In this document: piece by piece, positions 38,375-50,945 of the stretch
Numbering within the stretch: position 1 is the stretch's first letter
Layout: the number at the start of each line of letters is the position of its first letter
Assembly (NCBI GenBank): GCA_964016885.1
Contig: OZ024740.1
Location: forward strand, 329,964,001-330,028,000
Source: Eledone cirrhosa
Lineage: Eukaryota
Direction of reading: 5' to 3'
DNA: 64,000 nt
The notes under the pieces: model-generated
Database searches by the model: none
Told to the model about the DNA's origin: nothing
What the model saw: the letters and a program-made list of their open reading frames with translations, nothing else
Made by a program: the position numbers and the translations under genes

Positions 38375-39771
38375 GGGGAGATGCTTCAATCACCTTACCG
38401 CTACTTACTGCCGCCTTGGACTTCGCCGAAACACTTTTGCACCTCACCGACCAGGAAAGAAAAATCATCCTCCACGCCAGGAAGACAGTCTTACTCTTTG
38501 ACGACTCTAAATGGATAAAAAGAGCTCCCGACTCACCCTTCGACGTCAGCATGGGCGCCACGGATTCGGCGGAGGTCACAGATCTTTTAGGATTATTCCT
38601 AATAGCCAAACTCACTGATATGTTACCTGCATTCGGTGGTGGATTGTACCGTGATGATGGGCTCCTTACCCTTAAAGGGTACAACCCCAGTAGTACAGAT
38701 CGGGTCCGGAAACAATTAATCAGATTCTTCCGCGACTGGGGATTTAAAATAACCCTACAAACGTCCCTGACCCGAGTAAACTTCCTGGACGTGACCCTCG
38801 ACCTCGAAAACGACCTGTACTACCCATACAGGAAACCTAATGACAATCTGCACTACATCCACCGCCGATCAAACCATCCTAGGAACATCACAAACAACCT
38901 GGTCAAAAACATCTCCCTCCGCATATCCCGTTTGTCAGCTAATGAGCGGATATTCGATGAACATGCGCCTTATTACAACCAGGCCCTCAAGCGGAGTGGT
39001 TTCCGGGAGGAAATATCCTACTGTCCAGCTCCCATTAGCGGAACCAGCAGGAGACACCGCCGCTCACGCAATGTAACATGGTTCAATCCTCCCCACAACA
39101 TATAGGTGACAACTCCCATCGGGAAACTATTCTTTAGGCTCATTGAAAAACACTTCCCATTACAACACCGCTACCTCAACATAATTAACAAAAATACCAT
39201 CAAACTCTCTTACAGCACTACACCAAACTTCGCACAAAACATCGTCTCCTCTAACAACAAAAAACTCAACCCCGATGGCAGAAATAACCTAAATAGCAGT
39301 GGAGAACCGACCAGGAGGTGTAACTGCCCGGATAGATCTATTTGCCCACTCAACAATAGATGCAGAGACCGTAATGTGATCTACCAGTGCAACGTGAGGA
39401 CGGATACCTCCAACAAAGCCTATATAGGACTTACCGCATGTGACTTCAAGACCCGGCTATACCAACATAGACATACCTTCCGAAACCCGGCCCGGCGTCA
39501 CGCCACTACACTTTCGGGCCACATATGGGACCTCAAGGACAACAACATCACCTATGATCTCACTTGGAGATTACTGTCCAGAGCCAATTCTTACACGGGA
39601 GGACGCCGTCCGTGCAATTTATGCTCGGAGGAAACTTTACAAATGCTGTTTTCGACGGACCAACTCCTAAACAAGAAATATGAACTGGTTACTGCATGTA
39701 AACATAGATTGCGTAGGACTTACCTCGCCCTCAAACCCCTTAATGACCCGGGGGGTAGACTAGGGCTATAA
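38375..39771 (+). pseudogene. PLE RT (from motif B) + GIY-YIG, interrupted by one in-frame TAG at 39103-39105
   Basis: FDVSMGATDSAEVTDL, GGGLYRDDGL, VNFLDVTLDL, WFNPPH, CNCPDRSICPLNNRC, VIYQC...AYIGLT and CNLCSEE. ORFs 38362-39105 and 39106-39771 are in the same frame. Confidence 0.93.
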
Positions 39772-40883
39772 CACCCCACTTGCCGATTTTGCAATGGGTA
39801 ACCCCTGCTTGCCAAGGGAGACGTAAGATCTTCTTTGTATTCTTTTATCGCTTCCTTTATTTCCTACCCCCCTCTCTCCTTAGTCCTTCTACCCCAGCTC
39901 TTCTCCTTTGTCGGCGTCTTTTCTCGCCCACCCGAGGCTGCCCTTTGGCCCCTTGTAGCCTTAGTACCCCCACCCCCTTCCCTAGTCTATGATAGATTTG
40001 CTGGACTCCGCCTTTTATAGCAGTTGGTTTAGACCCCGGATACTTGCCCCCTTTTTCCGACCGCTCCCACTATTCTCCGTGCCTTCTATATTTCTTAGTG
40101 GCACTTATGCCTTATTTTCTCGTTTCAGTATTTCTTTCTTCGCTTTTCTTTTGGGCGGGGTGGATTCTGAATTTATTTTTCCGTATTCTACCTTTACTTC
40201 GTACGAACTTTCATGTAGCTTGTTTTAGATCTTTTAGAGTTAGCATTAGTATATATTTTTTTCGGGACTCAGAATTATTATCTCGTACTAGTTCACTTTG
40301 CTGAACTGGGTGGTTGCTGGCATTGTGCTCGGGATAGAAACCTTTATTATTTATTTCGTGGTAGTCTCTTTAGTATTTTGGCCCCATTTGTTGACCCGTC
40401 ACCGTATCATTTACGTACTTATACCTCTTAAAAGTGTCCTTGCCTATTCCGTCCCACCTAGTTCATTTACTTATTTCGTTATTTCTTTATTTATTTCTTT
40501 ACTTCTTTCTTTACTTCTTTCTTTCTTTATTTATTTATTCTAGCCTAACAATAGCTAGAGACCTAGGTCGTAGAATTTAATTTACTTTACTTTTTTCTTT
40601 ACACTTATTTGCTTTTCTTCACTCTCAGTATTTTTTCTTTCCTATATATCTCTACCCCCCATTGTTCTACCTACCGTTCCGACTTCCCCCCCCCCCTCCC
40701 CCTCCCCTGTATCTTCTTTGACCTCATGCCCAGCTGTAGCTGGCACTACCAACGCTTGATTGGGTCTACTCCACCCCTCCCCTCTTTCTCCTACTGGCAG
40801 GTTTAGCCACCATCTCCCCTACTAATTTGCAACCACAGAATTACTACTGATTTTTGACAATCACTTTGACCATATATGGAATT

Positions 40884-40977
40884 ACCCCTTGAGAAGATCG
40901 GCTATTTAAATACCAGGATAAATTTTCATTTAGTCCAGAATTAGCCGTCGAAACGGCTTGAGCTCAGCTGTCGGGGT
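40884..40977 (+). ncRNA. Hammerhead variant U3-A8 (UUGAGAA core), family B
   Basis: ACCCC TTGAGAA GA(T)CGGCTA ... TAGCCGTC GAAA CGGC ttgagctca GCTG TC GGGGT, with a GUC triplet. Confidence 0.8.
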
Positions 40978-41068
40978 CTTACTGGTTCCTTTTACCCACT
41001 CTACTACCTCAAGTATTGAGTACTTTGGTGCGTTATGGTCCACCTGGTTCCTTACCACATTTCCTTCG

Positions 41069-41114
<46 letters not shown>

Positions 41115-43253
41115 ATATATATATATATCGTATATATTTATGTAGATATATTTATTAAATAAATTGGAATGGTACTGGGCATGTTGATCTACTTTCTAAG
41201 AAGTATTGAAAAGTCACCAATGTTATGGAGATATTATTTACGTTTTAATCTATTTTTTTTCCTTTTGATGTATTTGCCGGCGTTTCAAATGTTCTTTGCA
41301 ATCTCTAATACACCAAACCGAATTTATTTGAACGTCATTCACACATTATCAAGTGTATTCCATTCGTCTCTAATGGCGCATAAGTCTTCAATTATAATGC
41401 ATTGCAATTCTGGCGGGTGTAGCTGTGGGATGAAGTTTTCTCTATTTAGTTCCGTGTTACATCTGAACGAACATGGATGCTGATCGTCATAATCCCATAT
41501 CTTCCTGTTTGGAGCAAAACAAGAGACACTTTATAACATATGGTATGTTTTAATATTAGGGGATGTGATTGGCTATTGATATTTTTAGAAGGGTGGTCAT
41601 CTAGTTAAAGGTGTCTATTCGACGCAGACATTTGCCTTTGCACGTATGTATGTTGGTAAGACCAACAACATACATATCGAATATTTTTTAGCTGTGCCCA
41701 AGATTTTAGACATTTACGTAGTTAAACGTATATAACAGTTTGGCGAATCATTTCGCATAGTATACATAATATTTAGAAACGGCGTTTTGAAATAAATAAG
41801 CAGTGCAATTTTGTCATTTTATTTGATTATTTATGTTATCTATACAGTGAATAATAACATTCGTCTACATACACACATGCACACACATTACAGACACATA
41901 ACACACACAGATTACACCCATATCACATACACATATATACATATAAATATACATAACCGTGTGTGGTTGATGACTGAGAGAAAAGTGTACTAAATACCGA
42001 AGTAATGTTTTAATATACATTTATATTGAGGCTAAAAATAAGACTCACATTTTAGCGTCAATATAAATAAATATATATGTACCACTGGAAACGGAAAATT
42101 GTGGTATGAGACGATATTCTGCATCGATCTAATGACGGGCGATTGTGTGGTCTGAAACGCCCTATTTTGGGAGAAGTATAAACTAAACACTTGAATTAAA
42201 TCAAAAGGAAATTTCAAAGCATTTGTTCCATCGCAAATTACAATGTCAGTAATCGATCACTATGAATAATATTGGGTAAAGTACCGAGAGGATCGGTGAA
42301 AAGTTTACACAAGCATCATACTTCTATTCTGTATACATTTAGACATATATCTATTATATACTTCGGCTGATTTTTTGCAAACATTAATATATAACTGAAT
42401 TAACTACCAAAGTAAGCGCTAATGTTATTGTAATTTTGTACATACATTTGAGAAAAAACTAATTCATAGGTTAAATAGTCCGCCGATTAAATATTTCCTT
42501 GTTATGTTAGATGACATATATGACTGATAAAGAAATCTGAATTAGGATTGACAACCTAATAAAAGTATTTCTTATTCTAACAATTTATAGGGGATTATGT
42601 ATAATTGTCTTGTTTACATCTACATATACCAAACATGTTTACATTTATATACTCAATTACGCATTATCCATTATTCCTCTTCTAGACATATGAATATATG
42701 GAACATATATAGAACCCCTAATAATATATAGACAACCACAATCCACAATCCACAATCTTGCACTCCGAGCTTATCACCGCCCCTCATCATAAAACTTTCA
42801 CTTCTATAATATTTTCCGGACACACACACACAAACAAGAGGGCATCCTTTCTCTGAGGCCCTACCCACTATAATATTTATCTCCCACACAAGAAAACGTT
42901 TAGGTAAAAACGGGCTATATCTTTCCAACACTAAGTACGACCAAATCCCTTCATTTTTGCAGAAGTCTAAGTAAAAGGTATCCCCCACCTATATCCAAGT
43001 AAGAACCGTACAACCACCAGGTTATCTCACTTACAGTACAAACTCTGTATTAATGTTTAATCCTAACAACATCCAAAACAAATGTGTTGGACCGTTATGT
43101 CTTCGAAATTCCACAGAGACACGCGCGTATTCAACAGATAGGTGAATACTTTAATCATATTTTATATAATACATCTAGTCCTTCGTACTGAATGCTCTTC
43201 TTACTTCACATATAATTTGTTTAAAGAAGTCACTATATATATATATATATATA

Positions 43254-43445
43254 AGAGTCAGGACCCCGACGGCTGAGCTCCGACAGTTTCAACAGCTAGA
43301 TCCGAACGCATCTAGCTGTCAAACATGCCGGAGCTCAGCTGTCTGGGTCCTGACTCTTTTCCTTTTACCCAATCTACTACCCTAAGCACGGAGTACTCTC
43401 ATGCATTATTATCGACCTGGTATCTTACCACACCTTCTTTGTTAT
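43254..43445 (+). mobile_element. Short fold-back PLE tail fragment related to family B
   Basis: GAGTCAGGACCC...GGGTCCTGACTC hairpin of about 100 bp, followed by the tail TTACCCAATCTACTACC...CTTACCACACCTTC. Confidence 0.75.
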
Positions 43446-43494
43446 ACACACACATAGACACGCACGTACACACACACACATACACACACACACA

Positions 43495-43611
<117 letters not shown>

Positions 43612-44369
43612 TGTATTTAAAGATGTTAAGAAAAGATAATCCAAATTGTATGGTTCTATGTTTTATTGTGCATGAAGCATAGTTGATCTATTACACGCTT
43701 GATGCAAATTGTCGTTCAAGTCATCTAAATGTTTTTGGAATATCGCTATTCTTTATAATAAGAAGGATTTTAAGATAACAAACTCTTTTCAAAATTGTTT
43801 TCAACTTCAATCAACACTTAGTGAGACACTCTGAATAAAGCATTGGATGCGTTTTGCTTTAATAATTAATCTTCTCATTTAAACAAACAGGCCATAACAA
43901 CCCTTACAATAAACATTTTCTAAAATAATATTCCAATGCCAAATTTCAAAATGATATATTAGAAAAGATTGCAATACATATTTTTATAGTGCAAGAGTTG
44001 TTAAGAACATCATTAATTAAGACATGATATGCATCCACAACTCTCAAGAGTATTGATTAGATTCATCGAACTTGTCACCAAAAATCCTTTGAATTAATAA
44101 AACTCTTATTACAATTTAAATTGGCACATCATTTCTAATTAGTTTGAGTTCAAATATAATGCAAAGAATGAAATGCCCTGGTAAAGCTGCAAGTAATATT
44201 GGCACTCTTTTGCTCAATCACTCGTATATGTGTTGTTTTTTATTCTATTTAATGTGTAATGTTGAAGTTACTTTACGTACCTGTCCTGTATACTATCAGT
44301 ACGTACTTTGTTCAAATCATACATATTGCAACTACGTACGACATGTTAATATACCTATATCAGTACCAC

Positions 44370-44457
<88 letters not shown>

Positions 44458-44496
44458 GCGAAGTAGTTTCAGATGTTCAGGTCCTTTAATAATAAT

Positions 44497-44563
44497 GCTG
44501 TGATATATATTTCAATGACGACACTGGCCACTGTGTGCGAGTGTTGTGTCATCATCAGACAGC
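44497..44563 (-). ncRNA. Type I hammerhead ribozyme, canonical core
   Basis: rc: GCTGT CTGATGA TGAC...GTCA TT GAAA TATATA TC ACAGC. Confidence 0.75.
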
Positions 44564-44714
44564 TTGTTACATAATAAGGTTGTTTCCGAAGCAATCCAAA
44601 TTGAATCGACATGGGAACGGATGAAGTCCGTGCTTTTGGGTTTTTCACGAACTTCATCCGTTCCCATGTCGATTCAATTTGGATTGCCTCGGAAACAACC
44701 TTATTATGTAACAA

Positions 44715-44788
44715 GCTGTCTGATGATGAAACGACACTCGCACACAGAACAGTGTGGCCAGTATCGTCATTGAAATATATATCACAGC
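44715..44788 (+). ncRNA. Type I hammerhead ribozyme, canonical core
   Basis: GCTGT CTGATGA TGA...TCA TT GAAA TATATA TC ACAGC, with a palindromic ATATATAT stem III and an AUC triplet. Confidence 0.75.
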
Positions 44789-45043
44789 ATTATCATTAAA
44801 GGACTTGAACATCTGAAACTACTTCGCTTTTCCTTATTCGATATTTACTCCGTCACTCCTATGTGGAAAAAGAACGTTGAGTGCTTGAATTGAATTGCAT
44901 TATGTTTACCCTAATATATATATATATATATATATATATTGCAATAGATGTCAACATGAATGGACGTGTTACTTTTATGTAAAGAGATTTTTTTCCAATT
45001 CCAACCCACCCGTCCCCTCAATCTATCTTATTTCTCATTCTTT

Positions 45044-45077
45044 CTTCTGATGAAGGACTAACGGCCGGAACGTTAAG
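45044..45077 (+). ncRNA. Degenerate minimal hammerhead motif
   Basis: CTT CTGATGA AGG actaacgg CC GGAA CG TT AAG (GAAA changed to GGAA). Same family as 32864. Confidence 0.5.
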
Positions 45078-45136
45078 CGCCTCTTCCTGCTATATCAAGC
45101 ATTAACCTAATAAATCCCTTGCATGTACTGTACCGA

Positions 45137-46281
45137 TTATTATTATTATTATTATTATTATTATTGTTCTTTGAGTCTCAGTCATTGATGTTATTTAACT
45201 GGAAATTTTGTTGAAACGAATATCAAGCCGCTACCTGCAGCCTCAAATATTCAGGATGTATCGGAGAGTTCTTGCAGTTCCCAGCAAACATGCCTTTTGA
45301 AGTGTTCCAAATAGCGGGGCTGGACTAATCATCTTTAACCATCCTTGGAAACTCTTTAAGATAGTACCTAGTGCGCCTATGCCAATCGGGATGACCTTGA
45401 TTTCATGGCAGTTCCAACTTCTTCTTAACTACCACTTTAAGTCCTGGTATCGGTTAATTTTCTTCCTCTCCTTTTCTTGCACTCTCGGCTCAAATGGGAA
45501 GGCTACATCTACAATCAAGAACGATCATTTTTCCTTGTCCAAAACCAGCAGGTCGCGCCATTTTTGTTCTAATTCCTTGTCCGTCTGTATCCTAAAATCC
45601 CACATCACCTTCAACTGATCGTTTTCTATTCACCGACTCTGGCTTATGCTCATACCACTTCTCAGAATGTGGTAAAATGTTTACTTTGCATAGATTCTAG
45701 TGGATCACCCTGCCTATCACATGTCTCCAGCCTTTATAGTGAGTCTGGGCTAGGTGTTTACACTCGGATACAATGTGAGCCACAGTCTCCTCTCTCTCTC
45801 CACAGATCCTACACAATGAGCTAGCCTCCTCCTTGTAAATATGGTATTTCACCGACTTAGTTATGAGGGCTTGCTTTTGCGCAGCCATTAGCATTCCTTC
45901 TGAAGCGTTTTTAAGGTCTCCTCTTTTTAACCAATTCCATGTCTGTGGATCTCTAAATTCGGTTTTCTTAAAGAGGGTACTATGAAGGGATTTTTCATGA
46001 AGGTTGCTCTTCCTCCTCTTTGTTATTTCTTCCTTGGACATCCCCTGGTCTATTGTCTTCTCCTTCAGTACAATTTTGAGCATTGGCTCCCTACTGTGGG
46101 TCACATATTGTGTAGGTTGTTTTTCTCCATCTGAACACAGTCCTATATGCTGATAAGACCTCTTCCACCTTCAGATCTCTTTAAGTAGAGTCTATCGACA
46201 TCACTCCTCTTGTGGAACATGTTGTAGATAGTCAATAGATTCCTAGTCTTCCTATCCATTTATTTTTGTTCAGCAACATAC

Positions 46282-46285
<4 letters not shown>
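45137..46285 (-). mobile_element. R4/Dong-like non-LTR retrotransposon 3' fragment (CCHC + restriction-like endonuclease) in (TAA)n
   Basis: WNWLKRGDLK...EGMLMAAQKQAL, CRICGEREETVAHIVSEC, KINRYQDL, VIPIGIGALGTI and LQKACLLGTARTLR. Flanked by (ATT)n. Confidence 0.9.
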
Positions 46286-46315
<30 letters not shown>

Positions 46316-46678
46316 GGCCACCTATGTAGGAAATCGTATTATCGTGCGCTCCGCAAAGGTTTGTTGTTTTCAGTTGTTTCAAATTGCCATTTATGGAAAG
46401 TTTTTGTTGTTAAGTGTTTATAAATTCACATATATTGCTTTCTGAAAAGGACACCAAACAATGTTGGGGCCTTCAGCCCAAAACTTAAACTTTTTATTTA
46501 TCAAACAAATATTTCTTTGAAAAAAAAACATGGACTTCAAATTTACTCTTTTTAACACCCCCCCCTACCCTCCCCCGCCACCACCAACACCAACACCATT
46601 GTAAGCCTTACCACGGTTGCCAACACTGAAAATATAATTAATAGCAGTCTGAATTATTTAGATTTGCCGCATAATGAT

Positions 46679-47570
46679 ATGGATTTCCCGCCATTACCAA
46701 TAACTGCAGGTTTTAAAGCCGTGACCGCCACCTACACAATGTCAAAAAGAACAACGACCACCACCGATACCACCACCACCATCACCACCACCACAGCGAC
46801 AACAGAAACAAAAAATAACAATAACAACAACAGCAACACCAACAATGATAATAACAACAACATCAACACCACCGCAAAACAAAATGTGTCGTTTGCCAAA
46901 GCAGCCAAGAACAGCGAAACAATCGATGTAAGCCAGGATGAATTAAATGAAGCCAAGCGAATGGTAAACAAAAATCGGTACAGGGTCAGCCTCCCCCCAC
47001 CTATTAACTTGGAGCATCGGCGACTAAGCACCGTGTCATATCGGACGATAAACACAAAATCACGCCCAGTGGAACGGGTATCCGAGTCCCAAATACACAA
47101 AGCTTTGGGACAAGTGTGGGCGAAAAAAAACCCACTTCGGGCAGAGGCAGAAATATGGAACTGTCGACGTGTTCTTTGGAACACCATAGGAAGTGAGGTC
47201 CCATTAAGAAGTGACGACTTCGCACTCGTCCCAAGCTATTGTGGTCAGAGAGTCGTGAAGATCAGGGTGACTGACGTTCCACCGGTCATCGAAATTCCCT
47301 GGCTAATGGCTGCCGTCCTCGCCGGCATCGAGGGCAAAACGAACATAATTGAAATAACAAAAGAAAAGCAGGAGAACTGGTCCGGATCTGAGATGGAGCT
47401 CCTGATCCAAGCGGACCAAAAAAACATTGAGGAAATTCCAGAGGTGATAGACCTCACTGACAGTAACCACCTCACCATAATCGTTAAGGGTACAAGGCCT
47501 AGGTGTGTCGTTTGTGGTGAAGGAACCCACCTAAAGGCTCTCTGTTCTCAGGCTAAAAGGTTGAGGCCAC
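46679..47570 (+). pseudogene. LINE ORF1 (gag-like, L1/Tx1-type) fragment with a CCHC zinc knuckle
   Basis: MDFPPLP start, Thr/Asn low-complexity tract, SFAKAAK, VVKIRVTDVPPVI and RPRCVVCGEGTHLKALC (C-x2-C-x4-H-x4-C). Confidence 0.65.
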
Positions 47571-47929
47571 CTCCATGTCTTTATGCGGCAAATCTAAATA
47601 ATTACGACTGCCATTAATTATATTTTCAGTGTTGGTAACCGTGGCAAGGCTTACAATGGTGTTGGTGGTGGCGGAGAGGGGGTGGTGGTTAAAAACAGTA
47701 AATTTGAAGTCCACGTTTTTTTTTTCAAAGAAATATTTGTGTGATAAATAAAAAGTTTAAGTTTTGGGCTCAATACCCCAACATTGTTTGGTGTCCTTTT
47801 CAGAAAGCAATATATGTGAATTTATAAACACTTAACAACAAAAACTTTCCATAAATGGCAATTTGAAACAACTGAAAACAACAAACCTTTGCGGAGCGCA
47901 CGATAATACGATTTCCTACATAGGTGGCC

Positions 47930-47954
<25 letters not shown>

Positions 47955-47963
<9 letters not shown>

Positions 47964-48872
47964 GTATGTTGCTGAACAAAAATAAATGGATAGGAAGACT
48001 AGGAATCTATTGACTATTTACAACATGTTCCACAAGAGAAGTGATGTCGATAGACTCTACTTAAAGATATCTGAATGTGCAGGAGGTCTTATCATCATAG
48101 AGGACTGTGTTCAGATGGAGAAAACAACCTACACAAATATGTGACCCACAGTAGGGAGCCAATGCTCAGAACTGTACTGAAGGAGAAGACAATAGACCAG
48201 GGGATGTCCAAGGAGGAAATAACAACGAGGAGGAAGAGCAACCTTCATGAAAAATCCCTTCATAGTACCCTCTTTAAGAAAACCGAATTTAGAGATCCAC
48301 AGACATGGAACTGGTTAAAAAGAGGAGACCTTAAAAAAGCTTCAGAAGGAATGCTAATGGCTGCGCAAAAGCAAGCCTCAGAACTAAGTGGGTGAAGCAC
48401 TATATTAACAAGGAGGGGGCTAGCTCACTGTGTAGGATCCCTGGAGAGAGAGAGGAGACTGTGGCTCACATTGTATCCGAGTGTAAAAATATCGTGCCTG
48501 ATTGTAGGTGTAGCCTGCCCATTTTACACGAGAGTGCAAGAAAGAAGTTGGAGAAAATTAAACGATACCAGGACTTAAATTGGGAGTTAAAAAGGATTTG
48601 GAACTGCCCTGAAATCCAGGTCGTCCCGATTGTCATAGGCGCACTAGGTACTATCTAAATGAGTTTACAAGGATGGTTAAAGAAAATTAGTCCAGCCCCG
48701 CTTTTTGGAACACTTTAAAAGGCATGCTTGCTGGGTACAGCAAGAACTCTCCGATACGTCCTGAATATCTGAGGCTGCAGGTAGCGGCTGGATATTCATT
48801 TCAACAAACTTTCGAGTTAACTAGCATCAATTACTGAGACCCAAAAAACAATAATAATAATAATAATAATAA
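47955..48872 (+). mobile_element. R4/Dong-like fragment, inverted twin of 45137-46285 with an internal deletion
   Basis: ORFs 48075 and 48392 mirror ORF 45697-46104. Same 5' junction AAATGTATGTTGCTGAACAAAAATAAATGG. Confidence 0.9.
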
Positions 48873-49289
48873 TAGTGAGTGAAGTTGAAGTTTCAGCTTT
48901 AATTAACAATTCTCGAAATTAATCTTCTAAGGCTGGCACGAAGCACTCTTTGAAGTGCTATCGATAAATCGATAAATTAGAGTTCAGATATATACGTTAG
49001 TGTGTGAAACAGTGAAAATTGTGACCGGACACACGTTGCCACAAAACAACTACAACAACGAAAATACAAACAGTTAAAGACGAATATGGGGTATAATAAA
49101 TATACACCCCCCCCCCCGCATATATATGTATATATATATATATATATATTTTTTTTTTTATTACTCATAAGCTCTGTAGCCTATATAGAGCACTTTTTTT
49201 CCGGTACCTTTCTGACGGAAATTCTCCATTCACACACACACACATACACACACACGCACGCACACACACACATATATATATATATATAT

Positions 49290-49385
49290 TTGTTGTGCAA
49301 GGTTTTTGATATGAAATCGTGTGTCAAAACAAATATTGTTATACTTGGGGAGGGTCATATTGTTGTTATAGATGTTATATAAATA
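49290..49385 (-). mobile_element. PLE family D tail fragment
   Basis: rc encodes MTLPKYNNICFDTRFHIKNLAQQ running into (TA)n, matching 14641 and 56872-56939. Confidence 0.65.
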
Positions 49386-49601
49386 TCTCCGATGGCTTTT
49401 GGGAGTCCGAAAGCTACACTCCGTGTTGCGTAACATGCTAGCCAGTACTGTAGCAGTAACTTTGGCAGTTTGGTTCTTTCTCAAGAAAAGAGGAGGACTC
49501 ACATCCGTGGTATGGCGGGCAAATTGAAAAGTGTGAACAAAGTAAGCTCTCAAACAGACAACAATTAATCAATTAATTATAAGAATTATAATAATTATAA
49601 T

Positions 49602-50640
49602 TAACTAGCATTAAAGCCCGGCGTTGCTCGGGGTCAGTAAGTTACCAAAGTTAGGTTGCACCACCCATTTTATGGCAGCACTTTTTTGTCTGCAAGGCTC
49701 TGGGTGAATGAATTGCAGACCTGGACTGCCGAAGCAGGAGCTGCACCAGCAGTGACAATTGTAATTTCGCCTATGGATATTATCTCTGTGCAAAGAAGTG
49801 TTGAAATTTATTGTTTCACAGTACTTGCGCAACGCCCGCGTAGACAGTGCCAGCCGAACAACAGAGCTGCGATGGAGTTGTTCTGATTGGTTGTCTAATG
49901 TGTGTTTTCTAAATTTAATACAGTAGGGAGGAGTGTGATATGGGGAGAGTTAGCTGCTGTGTCTAGCAGGTTTAGTGACCTCATAGAGGATATGTTTTCT
50001 AAATTTAAGACAATAGGGAGTGGTGTGATATGGGGGAGAGTTAGCTGCAGTTTCTAGAAGATCTAGTGACCTCATAGAGGATATTATTGTGTACAGTAAA
50101 TGAACTGATACTTCTTTCTTCCACGTTCGTTGATAGATGTTTTACAAAAGAATTATCGCTATTTTTGTTGTTGTTGAATAAATGAATAAATTTATCTGTT
50201 GCTTTTGAATAATTGTTGTTTCGTATGAAATGTAATAAGTTCTCTTCGTCATTGAAGTAAATAAAGCTTTGACCGTTCCACACTCAAAAACAAACGTTCC
50301 CCATCTCTCTCTCTCCCTCTCACTCTCTCTCTCTCTCTTAAAGTCTGTAAGTTTAATCGTATATAAGAGAAAGTTGCAGCATGTATGTAGATTTATCGAA
50401 TTTTAAGGGGAGTTGAGAGAGTAAATCTGATTGTATTTGATGGGTAAAGCGTCATGTATTTAGTTTTATCGATTATTTCGGTAATTGTTGGTGAGTTTAA
50501 ATGAAATTAATAGTCGTTGACCTAAGTTAGACCATTTACAACATTCTTATAGAGTCGAATCGGTTTGAAATTGTGCAAATGTATAAACATAGAATATGCA
50601 CAAACACACACACACAACAACAATCTGCCTTTTATAGATA
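49602..50640 (+). mobile_element. Probable non-autonomous Helitron/Helentron-like (DINE-1/HINE-type) element
   Basis: Start TAACTAGCATTAAAGCCCGGCGTTGCTCGGG, end ...ACACACAACAACAATCTGCCTTTTATAGAT, and an internal ~90-bp duplication. The call rests on recalled terminal patterns only. Confidence 0.5.
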
Positions 50641-50643
50641 ATG

Positions 50644-50823
50644 TTTTCTACTTTTGGCACAAGGCCAGCAATTCCCAGTGCATTACTGCTACTTTATTTT
50701 AACGACCCCGGAATGATGAAAGGCAAAGTTAACCTCGGCAGGATTTGAACTCAGATCATACAGGGAGGTAACTCTATGTTTCAAAGCATGGCATCCGACC
50801 CTCTACCGATATTGCCAATCCAC
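50644..50823 (-). mobile_element. Nin/Deu-like tRNA SINE with a 13-bp target-site duplication
   Basis: SINE reverse complement flanked by TTTATAGATAATG at 50631-50643 and 50824-50836. Confidence 0.9.
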
Positions 50824-50869
50824 TTTATAGATAATGATACACACACGCGGGCAAACACACACACTCACA

Positions 50870-50940
<71 letters not shown>

Positions 50941-50945
<5 letters not shown>

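Larger units (their letters stand above)
38205..41070 (+). mobile_element. PLE family B (Nematis-like), 5'-truncated, with a short inverted pLTR at the 5' end
   Basis: 38205-38372 is the reverse complement of 40822-40990. RT/EN remnant 38375-39771, 1.3-kb 3' UTR, (TA)n on both sides. Confidence 0.93.
44457..44828. repeat. About 370-bp fold-back palindrome carrying two complete opposed hammerheads
   Basis: Arms AGCGAAGTAGTTTCAGATG... and ...CATCTGAAACTACTTCGCT, centre near 44640. Confidence 0.95.

Noticed and set aside
39103-39105. Programmed stop readthrough or selenocysteine-type recoding in the family B ORF
   Set aside because: The stop is TAG, not TGA, and aligns with Glu (GAG) in family A, so a single G-to-T mutation explains it. 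The EN is C-terminal, so these are not Naiad-type selenoprotein PLEs.
44469-44799. Near-identical peptides (NKVVSEAIQIESTWERMK) encoded on both strands
   Set aside because: A trivial consequence of the palindrome, with no evidence of coding function.
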